Below are positions 1-12,367 of a stretch of 64,000 nt of DNA, piece after piece; positions within the stretch are counted from its first letter, which is position 1, and the number at the start of each line of letters is the position of its first letter. A program made the translations under genes and the position numbers. The stretch is from Paraspadella gotoi (Eukaryota; Animalia; Chaetognatha), in NCBI GenBank assembly GCA_051294375.1, contig CM119268.1, forward strand, positions 15,333,898-15,397,897, given 5' to 3'. The notes below the pieces were generated by a model. That model did not search any database. It was not told the DNA's origin and saw only the letters and a list, made by a program, of their open reading frames with translations.

Positions 1-203
1 ACTGCAAGGTGGAGAAATAATTATTCCATATGATTATAAAAAAATAATGAAAGGTAAGTAAACATGAAAAACTAATATGTTGAAACCATAACATAATTAC
101 GATTATGCCCAAAACCCCAATATTAATCGTTTTAAACGAAGCCTATACGCAGGCAAGTTCACCCGGCGTTTCGGGTAAGTTTTCCCTAAGATTTTTTGGG
201 TGA

Positions 204-252
<49 letters not shown>

Positions 253-615
253 CGCTCGCGGGATTCGCGGCTAACCAAGGATCGACGCTTGGAAACTTTT
301 CTTGAAGAGGAGGGTTAAACATCCGTGCCCGTCGCTGGGGATAAATGGGGGGAGGGGAAGAGGCCAAGAGAATCCGCGGCCATCCCGCTTTAAGGTGAGG
401 AAAATGGGTGGGGAAATGAGGGAAAATCCCGCCCTGAAATTCGGGCTGGGATTAGAGGAAAGTAAAGGCAGGGATCATGGGGTAGGTAGTTGAAATATGG
501 CTACTCGGAGCGTGGGATGGATGAAATATGTTTGGCAGCAGGGTTAGAATTTGGTGAGTTGACCGGTAAAGAAAAATGAAATTTAGCAGAAAAGATTAAA
601 AAGAATAGAAAGAAT

Positions 616-1112
616 TTATGCAGATTTTTGATGCTGAACAAAAATACGCCGCCTCAGTTGTCTCAACTGTTGACGATTCCATTGCAAAGCATCGGCTGCT
701 GTTGCGAGGTCGTCAGTGCTCTTGAGACTGCAGTCGACTGCCTTCGTGCCAGGATGCGATCTCAAAAAGAGAATTTTTTGGTACCGAGATCGAGGGTGAG
801 TCAAGTGGTGAATATGAGTAAATTATGAGAGTGAGAGATGAGGACGAACTGAGGAGACGAGTTGGAAAAAAGGGTTCGAAAGGCTTTTCGCGTTTGGGTG
901 TCGGCCACGCCCATCGACGCCTGGGTCGACGGCGAATCCGTCCTCGTCTGCGGCTTCGGCGGCGTTGTCGGAATCGGCGTATTTGTCGGTGTCGTTGTCG
1001 GAGTCCTCGAGGTTATCTGCGTTGTCGGTGTTTTTTGGCGGCGTTGGTGTCATCGTTAGCAAAGTCGTCATTGTTCGTCAAGGCGTCGTCGGCATCTTCG
1101 ACGTCCCAAAGC
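616..1112 (-). CDS. Candidate acidic terminal exon (copies at ~11405-11906 and ~14213-14714), frameshifted differently between copies
   Basis: Acceptor CAATTTAG| at 1113, then LWDVEDADDALTNNDDFANDD...DNADNLEDSDNDTDKYADSDNAAEAADEDGFAVDPGVDG... GC-rich relative to flanks. Indels differ between copy 1 and copies 2/3, so the true frame and stop are uncertain. Confidence 0.4.
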
Positions 1113-1608
1113 CTAAATTGTATCCCTCGATTCCAACGAAAATCGACTTTTTCAAGTTTTTTTTCTCGAAAAAAAAATGGAAAAAAGTTGCATTGTTAAT
1201 ATTCTAACCATTGTTTAAGTCGATTGTTATTTGACATTAAAAATAATTTAGGAGAAAGCATGATAGAATATATATAAATGAATTTGCTAAAAGTTTGAAA
1301 AAAAAAGTTGTCTTTCAATTTCAACAGTCGAATATTCATAAATATGCATGACGCCGCTCTTGATGTTTTAACCTCGACCATTTTTAGTCGGATTTTTTTT
1401 TTCAAACGTACACCATTTGCAACGCAACGCNNNNNNNNNNNNNNNNNNNNNNNNNCCTTCCACCCCCCGACCGACCTCTATACATCGATTCAATTCTCCC
1501 TTTTTCCTTGGCGCCTCTCGCCAGTTCCCAGTTTTAACCTTTTTCCCACATTTTTTTTTTTGTAATTCGCCTTCTGTTTTTACCGTTTTTTCCTTCTTTT
1601 ACATTTTT

Positions 1609-1770
1609 AGTTTGCGCCGCGAGTACTCGCCACAACGCTATGAGTCACTTTTTGTCAGTCGGTCTTCCACTCACGTTAAAAATGCCCTCATAACTCGGGT
1701 AATGCCTCGGAAATATACGTGATAAGGAAGTCACTGCGGCGAAACGCACGTTGGAATCTCCGTTCTTGTT
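1609..1770 (+). mobile_element. Short (~160 bp) HINE/DINE-1-like non-autonomous element, family 1 (mirror copy ~24443-24608)
   Basis: T-rich flanks. The 5' palindrome reads GTTGCGCCGCGAGTACTCGCGGAGCAAC in the mirror copy, followed by GTCAGTCGGTC. The 3' subterminal inverted copy is GCGGCG(C/A)AAC at ~1736-1745, and the element ends in CTTGTTT. Confidence 0.55.
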
Positions 1771-2126
1771 TTACAACACGTGGCTTGACCTTCGCTGAGA
1801 AAGTCAAAGATGAGAGCCAATATAAAATATTACGAAAATTAGTAAGTTAGATGTTACGTACAGCCTTTTTTATTCGAAAAGCTAATGTCAGATTCCATAT
1901 TTACATTTTTTATCCGATGATTATCACGTAAAAAGAGTAAAAATCTCGCTTTCCCTTCCTCCTTTCCCTTTTTTTCTTCCTACCTTTCTCCCTTCAACTT
2001 CTCATTCTTTTCCTTTCCTTCCTCCTCTCCCTATCTTTCTCCCCCCTCTCCTCTCTAATTCTCTCCTCTCTTTTCCCACCTCTCTGATTTTGTCCAACCG
2101 GGCGTTCCGACGCTCTTACGCGGTCA

Positions 2127-2552
2127 TTTTTGTGCCACTGTGGTCCCCACGGGCCTCCCTACTAACACATTCCCTGTGTTTCCATGGCCTAATTTTTGTG
2201 CCACTGTGGTCCCCACGGCCTCCCTACTAACACATTCCCTGTGTTTCCATGGCCTAATTTTTGTGCCACTGTGGTTCCCCACGGCCTCCCTACTAACACA
2301 TTCCCTGTGTTTCCATGGCCTAATTTTTGTGCCACTGTGGTCCCCACGGCCTCCCTACTAACACATTCCCTGTGTTTCCATGGCCTAATTTTTGTGCCAC
2401 TGTGGTCCCCACGGCCTCCTACTAACACATTCCCTGTGTTTCCATGGCCTATGCACGTTACGCACTAACATTCCTGTGTTTCCATGCTATTGTGCCACTG
2501 TGGTCCCCCACGGCTCCCTACTAACACATTCCCTGGTGATGTTCCATGGCCT
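2127..2552. repeat. 65-bp minisatellite, ~6.5 copies (about 19 noisy copies at 22790-24059)
   Basis: Unit TTTTTGTGCCACTGTGGTCCCCACGGCCTCCCTACTAACACATTCCCTGTGTTTCCATGGCCTAA; period measured 2161 to 2226; head-to-tail with no spacers. Confidence 0.95.
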
Positions 2553-2861
2553 CTCCTCTATAAAATTTCCCTTGGAGCTTCTCATGTACGAAAGTCAACC
2601 TCAATTAAGACCACGAAACTGGCTTTATTATTATCATTTGGCTTTTGTTACGGAACTTTGCTCGTGTAACGTAAACTCTTTCAATTAATAGTCTCACCTC
2701 GTCAAACTCATAAACAAAGGCGAACTTACCATCTCAGCTCCTCTTTCCATTCCTATTTCTCACCGAAGAAAAGTAAACCCTCACCGCGACGACCCTCTGC
2801 CTTAATCTCCGGCCCATTACCCCCGGGGGGGGGGCACGAGTAGGCTCAGCATTATTAAAGC

Positions 2862-4225
2862 AGCCACCCTGCAAAATTCCCTAACTCCTCATTCGCCCTG
2901 CCAATCAAGTATGTATACACAGAGGCTCGAATTATAAGCACCACCCTGCAAAATTCCCTAACTCCTCATTCGCCCTGCCAATCAAGTATGTATACACAGA
3001 GGCTCGAATTATTAAGCACCACCCTGCAAAATTCCCTAACTCCTCATTCGCCCTTGCCAATCAAGTATGTATACACAGAGGCTCGAATTATAAGCACCAC
3101 CCTGCAAAATTCCCTAACTCCTCATTCGCCCTGCCAATCAAGTATGTATACACAGAGGCTCGAATTATAAGCACCACCCTGCAAAATTCCTAACTCCTCA
3201 TTCGCCCTGCCAATCAAGTATGTATACACAGAGGCTCGAATTATAAGCACCACCCTGCAAAATTCCCTAACTCCTCATGTCGCTCCTGCCAATCAAGTAT
3301 GTATACACAGAGGCTCGAATTATAAGCACCACCCTGCAAAATTCCCTAACTCCTCATTCGCCCTGCCAATCAAGTATGTATACACAGAGGCTCGAATTAT
3401 AAGCACCACCCTGCAAAATTCCCTAACTCCTCATTCGCCTGCCAATCAAGTATGTATACACAGAGGCTCGAATTATAAGCACCACCCTGCAAAATTCCCT
3501 AACTCCTCATTCGCCCTGCCAATCAAGTATGTATACACAAGAGGCTCGAATTATACAGCACCACCCTGCAAAATTCCCTAACTCCTCATTCGCCCTGCCA
3601 ATCTAAGTATGTATACACAAGAGGCTCGAATTATAAGCACCACCCTGCAAATTCCCTAACTCCTTCATTCGCCCTGCCAATTCAAGTTATGTATACACAG
3701 AGGCTCGAATTTATAAGCACCACCCTGCAAATTCCCTAACTCCTCATTCGCCCTGCCAATCAAGTATGTATACACAGAGGCTCGAATTATAAGCACCACC
3801 CTGCAAAATCCCTAACTCCTCATTCGCCCTGCCAATCAAGTATGTATACACAGAGGCTCGAATTATAAGCACCACCTGCAAAAATTCCCTAACTCCTCAT
3901 TCGCCCTGCCAATCAAGTATGTATACCACAGAGGCTCGAATTATAAGCACCACCCTGCAAAATTCCCTAACTCCTCATTCCGCCCTGCCAATCAAGTATT
4001 GTATACACAGAGGCTCGAATTATAAGCACCACCCTGCAAAATTCCCTAACTCCTCATTCGCCCTGCCAATCAAGTATGTTATACACAGAGGGCTCGATAT
4101 TATAAGCACCACCCTGCAAAATTCCCTAACTCCTCATTCGCCCTGCCAATCAAGTATGTATACACAGAGGCTCGAATTATAAGCACCACCCTGCAAAATT
4201 CCCTAACTCCTCATTCGCCCTGCCA
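2862..4225. repeat. 77-bp minisatellite, ~17-18 copies (mirror 20490-21950)
   Basis: Unit CACCACCCTGCAAAATTCCCTAACTCCTCATTCGCCCTGCCAATCAAGTATGTATACACAGAGGCTCGAATTATAAG; nearly invariant apart from single-base indels. Confidence 0.95.
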
Positions 4226-4762
4226 TTTTGCTTGAGGCACCATCCACCCACCACCTTTTTTTATCTGGTTTAATTTATTAGACAAGAAGATTATGTTACC
4301 ACAAGCCAATTTTATTTTTCCTTAGAACGAATGATTATAGAATATATTTTCTTGAATGTAATTTGTTTTAAAAAAAGATATTATACTAAATATTTTCATA
4401 GAATGTTTAAAATACCTTTAATAACCAAAATGAAAAAAAAATCCAAATGTACTTTTTATATGGGTTTTTGATTCTCTGCAATATGCAAATAATTTTATTA
4501 TCGTAAGTTCATTATTGCTTTTTGTCGTCTTTATCGTCGTCATCTTTCGTCGTGTCTTCGACGTCGTCTTCGTCGTCATCTATGCCGTCGTTTTTAATCG
4601 TTTGTCTTCTTTGTTGTTGTCGTCGGTTTTCTTCTTCCAATCAGTCAATCAAAAACTTACGTAGAAAGCCATTTGCAGATTTGCAGATTTACACTTTAAA
4701 ACTGATTCACTGATTCACACAAGAAAAGCGAAAAAAAAGTGAATAAAAAAATTTTAAAGAGA

Positions 4763-4793
<31 letters not shown>

Positions 4794-4944
4794 GTCAAGA
4801 GAGAGAGAAGAGAGATAGAGAGAGACAGAGAGAGAAAGAAAAAAGAAGCTGGACAGACGCCTCCAGAGCCGGAACTCGTTTACTCGTTTACTAGTGACGG
4901 TGGTGAAATCTAGGTCAAGACGATTGAACTTTATTTTATTTTAT

Positions 4945-5684
4945 TATCTCTATAATTCACTTTGTCAGTCCGTCGGTCCGCCCCATCTATCTTGTTGGGC
5001 CATTCACTTACATAATGTCAGAACATCGAATTATGATAAATTATGTGTCTGTCTGTCTGTCAGTCCCACCTTAGCAAATTACTCGTGATTGGATGGATGG
5101 ATTGGAATGAAATTTTGTGTGTGGTCGGTAGGGAAGTGTCTGATTGAGCTGGATATGAAGTTTCGATGGAATCGTCCGAGTGGAAATGGTTTAAATGGAA
5201 AAAACTAAAAAATATAATTCACTATTTGAACACCAATTACTCATGAGTGGATGGGCGATTGACTTGAAATTTTTTATTTGGGTAGAAAGTGTGTGATTGA
5301 GCAAGAAATAAAGTTTCGATGGAATCGTTTGAGTGGAAATGAGTTCAAATAGAAAAAAAAACAAAGAACCTGTTTTCACTAATTGATTATGCTTCTTTTT
5401 CTTTAAATGTAAATGCAAGATGTATTAATTAATCAAATAATTAATCAGTTAATTAATCAATTAGTCAATTAATTAATCAATAATTAATTAGTCAGTCAAT
5501 TAATCAATTATAACAAACATTTCGGATCAAATTAATAAATTAATTGTCTAATTGATTAAATAATTAACCTGAATAAATTAATTATTAATTAATTAAATAA
5601 TTAATTAACTTGAATTAATTATTAATTAATTAATTACCGATAATGTTTGTTGCAGATCAGACATTGTTTGTTCAAACTTGTTTT
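4945..5684 (+). mobile_element. HINE/DINE-1-like element, family 2, 5'-truncated
   Basis: GTCCGTCGGTCC then a (GTCT)n tract, two ~140-bp internal repeats containing AAGTTTCGATGGAATCG, an (ATTA)n tract, and a 3' end GCAGATCAGAC...GTTTGTTCAAAC-TTGTTT. Homologous to 32887-33540 (-) and 43641-46460 (+). Confidence 0.6.
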
Positions 5685-6319
5685 ATACTCGTAACGTTTC
5701 CGTTGCCATCGAAACGCGTTATTAGGTCATGTTCCTCGACATTGTTTACTCGTTGCCCCGCAATGGCCACGAAATCTATGTTATTGTATTTTGGATTTTG
5801 TATTGAGAAAAAAGCGCGGAATAAATGGCAATAATAAAAGTTTTTAGAAGGAAAAAAACAATCAGAATTTTTCAAAAAACGAACGATCACGCCAAGAGAT
5901 CGTATAGACAGAGACAGGGAGAGAGAGAGAGAGAGACAGAGAGAGAGAGAGAAAGTTTTCCCGCCAACGAGACGCATTATAAGGTCACTTTCGTTTATAT
6001 CGTATCAAGTTCTCGACATTGTTTACTCGTTGCCCCGCAACGGCCACGAAATCCAGGTCAAGAGAGAAAAGCGCGGACTAAATGGCGATAATAAAGTTTT
6101 TTATAAGGAAAAAAATATTCAGAGAGAGAGAGAGAGAGAGAGAAAAAAAAGAGAGAGAGAGAGAGAGATAGAGAGAAGCTGCACAGCCGCTGGACGCCGC
6201 GCAGAGCCGAACTCGTTTTATATATATTTGTTCTTTCCAATATCTTTCTCTTTCTCTCACTACTAAGTAATAACTCTTTCTTTCTTTCTTTCTTTCTTTC
6301 TTTCAATCTCACTCACTCA

Positions 6320-6374
<55 letters not shown>

Positions 6375-6431
6375 GAGCTCTCTCATGCTTTCTATCAGCC
6401 ACGAGTTCTCTCTTTCTCTCTTTTTCTCTCT

Positions 6432-6491
<60 letters not shown>

Positions 6492-8228
6492 TACTTTGTT
6501 TTCTCTTCTCTATTCCCCTTCTTTTCAAATTTTTCGTACAAAAAATAAGAGATTTCAGATTCCCCGTTCTTTCTTTATATACTTTTTTGAATTAACAACC
6601 TGATTGGAAATGCTTATATCTCGATTTAAAATAAAATCGCTAAAAAATCGCTAAGTACCGATGATCTAAGGACATTTTCCTAGTGGATAGAAGTACCAAA
6701 TATGCCCGGTCATTTTAAACCTGGTAAACGAGTAATTGAAAGAATGAGAAAGTTTTCTACTTTTTCTAGTTAATTTATATAGAAATAAAAATAATTCCTG
6801 CAATAGAGCTCTTCAATGAGAAAATCCACATCTCCCTATAAAAATAATAATAGCTAATTTCGCATTAATACAAGGTAAAGAGACATAATCCTAAACAATT
6901 AAAACTAATTTAAAATCCCCTCCAGTTAAACTGAATTAAAACGAGCACTTTGAATTCAAAAAACCACTTTTTTATGAATTTGAGGGAAATTTTTTAGTGG
7001 GGTAATGTATAGAAAACCACCATCGTCCAAACCAAACCTTTCTCAAAGTCTCTGACCTTGGTGTAGGTTATAGGGCAGGAAACCAGCTTTCTATCGCCAT
7101 ATGATAATATAAAAATTATTATTGGTTAAGAGGAACCATATCAAGTTAAAAAAATAATTTACTCGGGTTAAGACATGTAAATAGATAGGTTAGGTTCTAG
7201 AAAAGATAGGTTGAGAATCTTACAATTTATTTTTGGATATAACTGTCGGAGACCATCTAGTTCACATCTATCCTGCAAAATTCGACTTTTAGGAAAGTCA
7301 GTCATAGACTTTAAACAGGGTCTTGAACCAGAGTGGGGGGGGCTCCGCCTCGCCCCGACCGTGCCTCACGCCCCTACTGGCTCCTCACCTAGCCCGCCAA
7401 ACGCCACCCCGCCCCCTCTTTTCCTCGCCTCCTCGGCTTCGGGACGATTTGTGTGTCAACGATGAGCCCCTGGGGAAGGCAAAGGCCATAGGAGAGTGAA
7501 ACGCTATGGCTGGCTGGCGGGGGAGGAAGGGAGGGTTCGGAGTATAGAAGGGAGGGAGTTAAAGGTTTACATTATTAGACCTGGGTTAATGTCGAGTTTT
7601 ATTTACTTTTTTGGCGCGTTAAAGTTTAAATATATGGACATTTCTTTTTGATACGAAAAGATGGATTTAATTATTCACAATTTAGATGTACAACACCGTC
7701 CATAATTTTTCATTTTAAAGGAGGGTACACGTACGCACAAAGTCCTTCATTGTAACTTACTGTAAGTTTAATAACGTTTATAACCACATGATAACTAACT
7801 TAACATCTTTTAAAACGTCATAGATAATACATTAGATGGATTGTGCGACGAGTTTTAATATAACTTTTATATATATTCTAATAGCACTTCTATGTAACAT
7901 ATTTTTTTAAAAAAATATTATGGGAATTGAGGTGACGCTGGCCGCGAAAATTTAATTAAATGTTCAATTTGATCGAAAATTTATTGAAAGTATTCTCTGA
8001 AAATGTCTAATCGGAGTTAAAGAATCGCCTATATTTTACCTATTTTGATACAATTTATTTATTTGCTAAATCGGAGTCTTCACTTAGATATTCTTGTCGT
8101 CGTCGTTTTCATCTTTTCATCGTTATCGTCGTTTCACTTCTTCGTTATCGTCATTCGTTGTCGAAAGAGATTCCCTACCCGGTCCCGAGAGAGAGATGAT
8201 GAAGCGACGAGGCACAAAGGTGGGATTC

Positions 8229-8297
<69 letters not shown>

Positions 8298-8746
8298 CTC
8301 TCTCGTCTCTCTCTGGGATGGTGAACGGGGGAGCGTTGCAGGGACGAGGACCGAGGTAAGGCAAAGGTCAGGTTCCTTGTCTCGGAGCAGCAGGTGGAAA
8401 AGTCAGGACGCGAAAACCGAAAACAAAGTTGAGAAGGAAAGAATTTCCTTTCCCTCGAGACGCGAGTCTTTATTTACTCTGAGAAGAAGAACCAACGATT
8501 TTTTTTCTTATTATTTTTATACCCTTTTTTTTTCGAAGCCTCCTTCACTAGCTCCACGGTCTTTTAAAAACTATTAGAAAATTCTCGGAATTATTATTTA
8601 ACGATTGTTAAAAATACGATTAAAAATAGTGTAATGTAGCGGTAGTATTTCATACCCTGCTACTCGTGGAAACTTGTGGAAACTTATCTCCACTTTTTAC
8701 TCACGCGTTTTATCGATTTACGTTTCTTTCACTCATTTTTTCCTTT

Positions 8747-8982
8747 CCTCCCTGTCACTCCTTCCTCCATCTTCCCTTTCCTTTCCTCCCTCTCACTCCT
8801 CCTCCATCTATCCTTTCCTTTCTCCCTCTCACTCCTTCCTCAATCTTCTCTTCCTTTCCTCCCTCTCACTCCTTCCTCCATCTTCCCTTTCCTTTCCTCC
8901 CTCTCACTCCTTCCTCCATCTTCCCTTTCCTTTTCTCCCTCTCACTCCTTCCTCCATGTTCTCTTTCCTTTCCTCCCTCTTT
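8747..8982. repeat. ~38-bp polypyrimidine minisatellite, ~6 copies (mirror ~16550-16815)
   Basis: Unit about CCTCCCTCTCACTCCTTCCTCCATCTTCCCTTTCCTTT. Confidence 0.85.
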
Positions 8983-9129
8983 CCAGCCCTTCTCTAATCC
9001 CGCATTCATGATGTCACGACTAAATTTCCCCTTTCAAGGTTTTAAGGATGTACAACAATTTTGCCAGACCTTTTTATATGAGCCTCTTAAAATGGAAAGT
9101 GAAGCGAGAAAAGAAGAGAGGAGAGAGAG

Positions 9130-9179
<50 letters not shown>

Positions 9180-9300
9180 GAGACAACGAGAGAGAGAGAG
9201 AGAGGCGAGGAAAGGAGAGGAGCAGAGAGACAGACGGAAATCGACCTCCAAACACAAAAGCATACAAAAATCGAAACTATAATAATTATAATAACTATAA

Positions 9301-10137
9301 TACTCTGGGAGTGAATAAACGAGACTGTGAGAGAGTCTTGATTGAAAGCTTGCAGGGACCTGCTATGTCATTATCTTGTAAGAGTGATGGAGGCCTTAAA
9401 CCACCAAAGCCTGTCCAGAGTCAGGGGCAAGATAGCTTATTTATTAAATGAATGGATAATTTTTATATTTGGTTGTACCAATTTCATAAAAATTCAGCTC
9501 CTTGTATTTGATGCTAGTGGCGGAGTACAATAAGTATTCCCCGATCTAATACTTAAGGGAGTGGTCTTTTCATACAATTGAAACATTCTTTGAATATTAT
9601 ACCACTTCATTGATAGGGAAGCCAGGTACTCTGGGAGTGAATAAACGAGACTGTGAGAGAGTCTTGATTGAAGCTTGCAGGGACCTTGCTATGTCATTAT
9701 CTTGTAAGAGTGATGGAGGCCTTAAACCACAAGCCTGTCCAAAGTCAGGGGCAAGATAGCTTATTTATTAAATGAATGGATAATTTTTATATTGGTTGTA
9801 CCAATTTCATAAAATTCAGCTCCTTGTATTTTGATGCTAGTGCGGAGTACAATAAGTATTCCCGATCTAATACTTAAGGGAGTAGTCTTTTTCATACAAT
9901 TGAAACATTCTTTGAAATATTATACCACTTCATTGATAGGGAAGCCAGGTACTCTGGGAGTGAATAAACGAGACTGTGAGAGAGTCTTGATTGAAAGCTT
10001 GCAGGGACCTGCTATGTCATTATCTTGTAAGAGTGATGGAGGCCTTAAACCACCAAAGCCTGTCCAAAGGTCAGGGGCAAGATAGCTTATTATTAAATGA
10101 ATGGATAATTTCTTATATTGGTTGTACCAATTTCATA
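9301..10137 (+). repeat. ~325-bp unit x2.6; also a dispersed family
   Basis: Units begin TACTCTGGGAGTGAATAAACGAGAC at 9301, ~9627 and ~9950. Diverged partial copies at 54864-55026 (-) and ~28950-29055 (+); near-identical reverse copies at 10720-10905, 12587-13423 and 15395-16231. Confidence 0.9.
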
Positions 10138-10355
10138 TATCATTAGAAAATTCATTCCAACGACAAAACTTAAGATCAAAAATTAAATTATTTATTATTC
10201 TTTCTGTCTCCGTCTCTTTGTCTGTTCTTTATAACTTACCCTGTCTCTATCTATCAAAGAAGTCATCCAACCCCTGACGGAATCGAGCCTCTTCCCTCCT
10301 GACCGGAAAGCCCACGCCCATCAGTCGCAGACTAACGCCTCGAACGACGACGCCA

Positions 10356-10427
<72 letters not shown>

Positions 10428-10446
10428 CTCTCTCTCTCTCTCTCTC

Positions 10447-10477
<31 letters not shown>

Positions 10478-10986
10478 CGTTTTCCTCGTTATAATCAGAT
10501 GGCGTCGTCGTTCGAGGCGTTAGTCTGCGACTGATGGGCGTGGCTTTCCGGTCAGGAGGGAAGAGGCTCGATTCCGTCAGGGGTTGGATGACTTCTTTGA
10601 TGAGATAGAGACAGGGTAAGTTATAAAGAACAGACAAAGAGACGGAGACAGAAAGAATAATAAATAATTTAATTTTTGATCTTAAGTTTTGTCGTTGGAA
10701 ATGAATTTTCTAATGATATATGAAATTGGTACAACCAATATAAAAATTATCCATTCATTTAATAAATAAGCTATCTTGCCCCTGACTTTGGACAGGCTTT
10801 GGTGGTTTAAGGCCTCCATCACTCTTACAAGATAATGACATAGCAGGTCCCTGCAAGCTTTCAATCAAGACTCTCTCACAGTCTCGTTTATTCACTCCCA
10901 GAGTATTATAGTTATTATAATTATTATAGTTTCGATTTTTGTATGCTTTGTGTTTGGAGGTCGATTTCCGTCTGTCTCTCTCTCTC

Positions 10987-12245
10987 GAGTTCTCTCTCTC
11001 TCTCTCTCTCTCTCTCTCCTTCTCTCTCATCTCTCTCTCTCTCTGGCGCTCGCGGATCGCGGCTAACCAAGGATCGACGCTTGAAACTTTTCTTGAAGAG
11101 GAGGGTTAAACATCCGTGCCCGTCGCTGGGGATAAATGGGGGAGGGGAAGAGGCCAAGAGAATCCGCGGCCATCCCGCTTTAAGGTGAGGAAAATGGGTG
11201 GGGAAATGAGGGAAAATCCCGCCCTGAAATTCGGGCTGGATTAGAGGAAAGTAAAGGCAGGGATCATGGGGTAGGTAGTTGAAATATGGCTACTCGGAGC
11301 GTGGGATGGATGAATATGTTTGGCAGCAGGGTTAGAATTTGGTGAGTTGACCGGTAAAGAAAAAATGAAATTTAGCAGAAAAGATTAAAAGAATAGAAAG
11401 AATTTATGCAGATTTTTGATGCTGAACAAAAATACGCCGCCTCAGTTGTCTCAACTGTTGACGATTCCATTGCAAAGCATCGGCTGCCTGTTGCGAGGTC
11501 GTCAGTGCTCTTGAGACTGCAGTCGACTGCCTTCGTGCCAGGATGCGATCTCAAAAAGAGAATTTTTTGGTACCGAGATCGAGGGTGAGTCAAGTGGTGA
11601 ATATGAGTAAATTATGAGAGTGAGAGATGAGGACGAACTGAGGAGACGAGTTGGAAAAAAGGGTTCGAAAGGCTTTTCGGCGTTTGGGTGGTCGGCCACG
11701 CCATCGACGCCTGGGTCGACGGCGAATCCGTCCTCGTCTGCGGCTTCGGGCGGCGTTGTCGGAATCGGCGTATTTTGTCGGTGTCGTTGTCGGAGTCCTC
11801 GAGGTTATCTGCGTTGTCGGTGTTTTTTTGGCGGCGTTGGTGTCATCCGTTAGCAAAGTCGTCATTGTTCGTCAAGGCGTCGTCGGCATCTTCGACGTCC
11901 CAAAGGCCTAAATTGTATCCCTCGATTCCAACGAAAATCGACTTTTTCAAGTTTTTTTTCTCGAAAAAAAAATGAAAAAAGTTGCCATTGTTAATATTCT
12001 AACCATTGTTTAAGTCGATTGTTATTTGACATTAAAAATAATTTAGGAGAAAAGCATGATAGAATATATATAAATGAATTTGCTAAAAGTTTGAAAAAAA
12101 AAGTTGTCTTTCAATTTCAACAGTCGAATATTCATAAATATGCATGACGCCGCTCTTGATGTTTTAACCTCGACCATTTTTAGTCGGATTTTTTTTTTCA
12201 AACGTACACCATTTGCAACGCAACGCGATTATAACGAGGAAAACG

Positions 12246-12276
<31 letters not shown>

Positions 12277-12295
12277 GAGAGAGAGAGAGAGAGAG

Positions 12296-12367
<72 letters not shown>

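Noticed and set aside
2140-4182. Repetitive ORFs inside the minisatellites (and at 20538-23843)
   Set aside because: Unit lengths are not multiples of 3, frames shift every unit and stops recur; no splice or coding signal.
2127-4225. CRISPR-like regular repeats
   Set aside because: Units are head-to-tail with no unique spacers, unit lengths are 65 and 77 bp, there are no cas genes, and the context is eukaryotic. Apparent variation in the mirror copy is indel noise.
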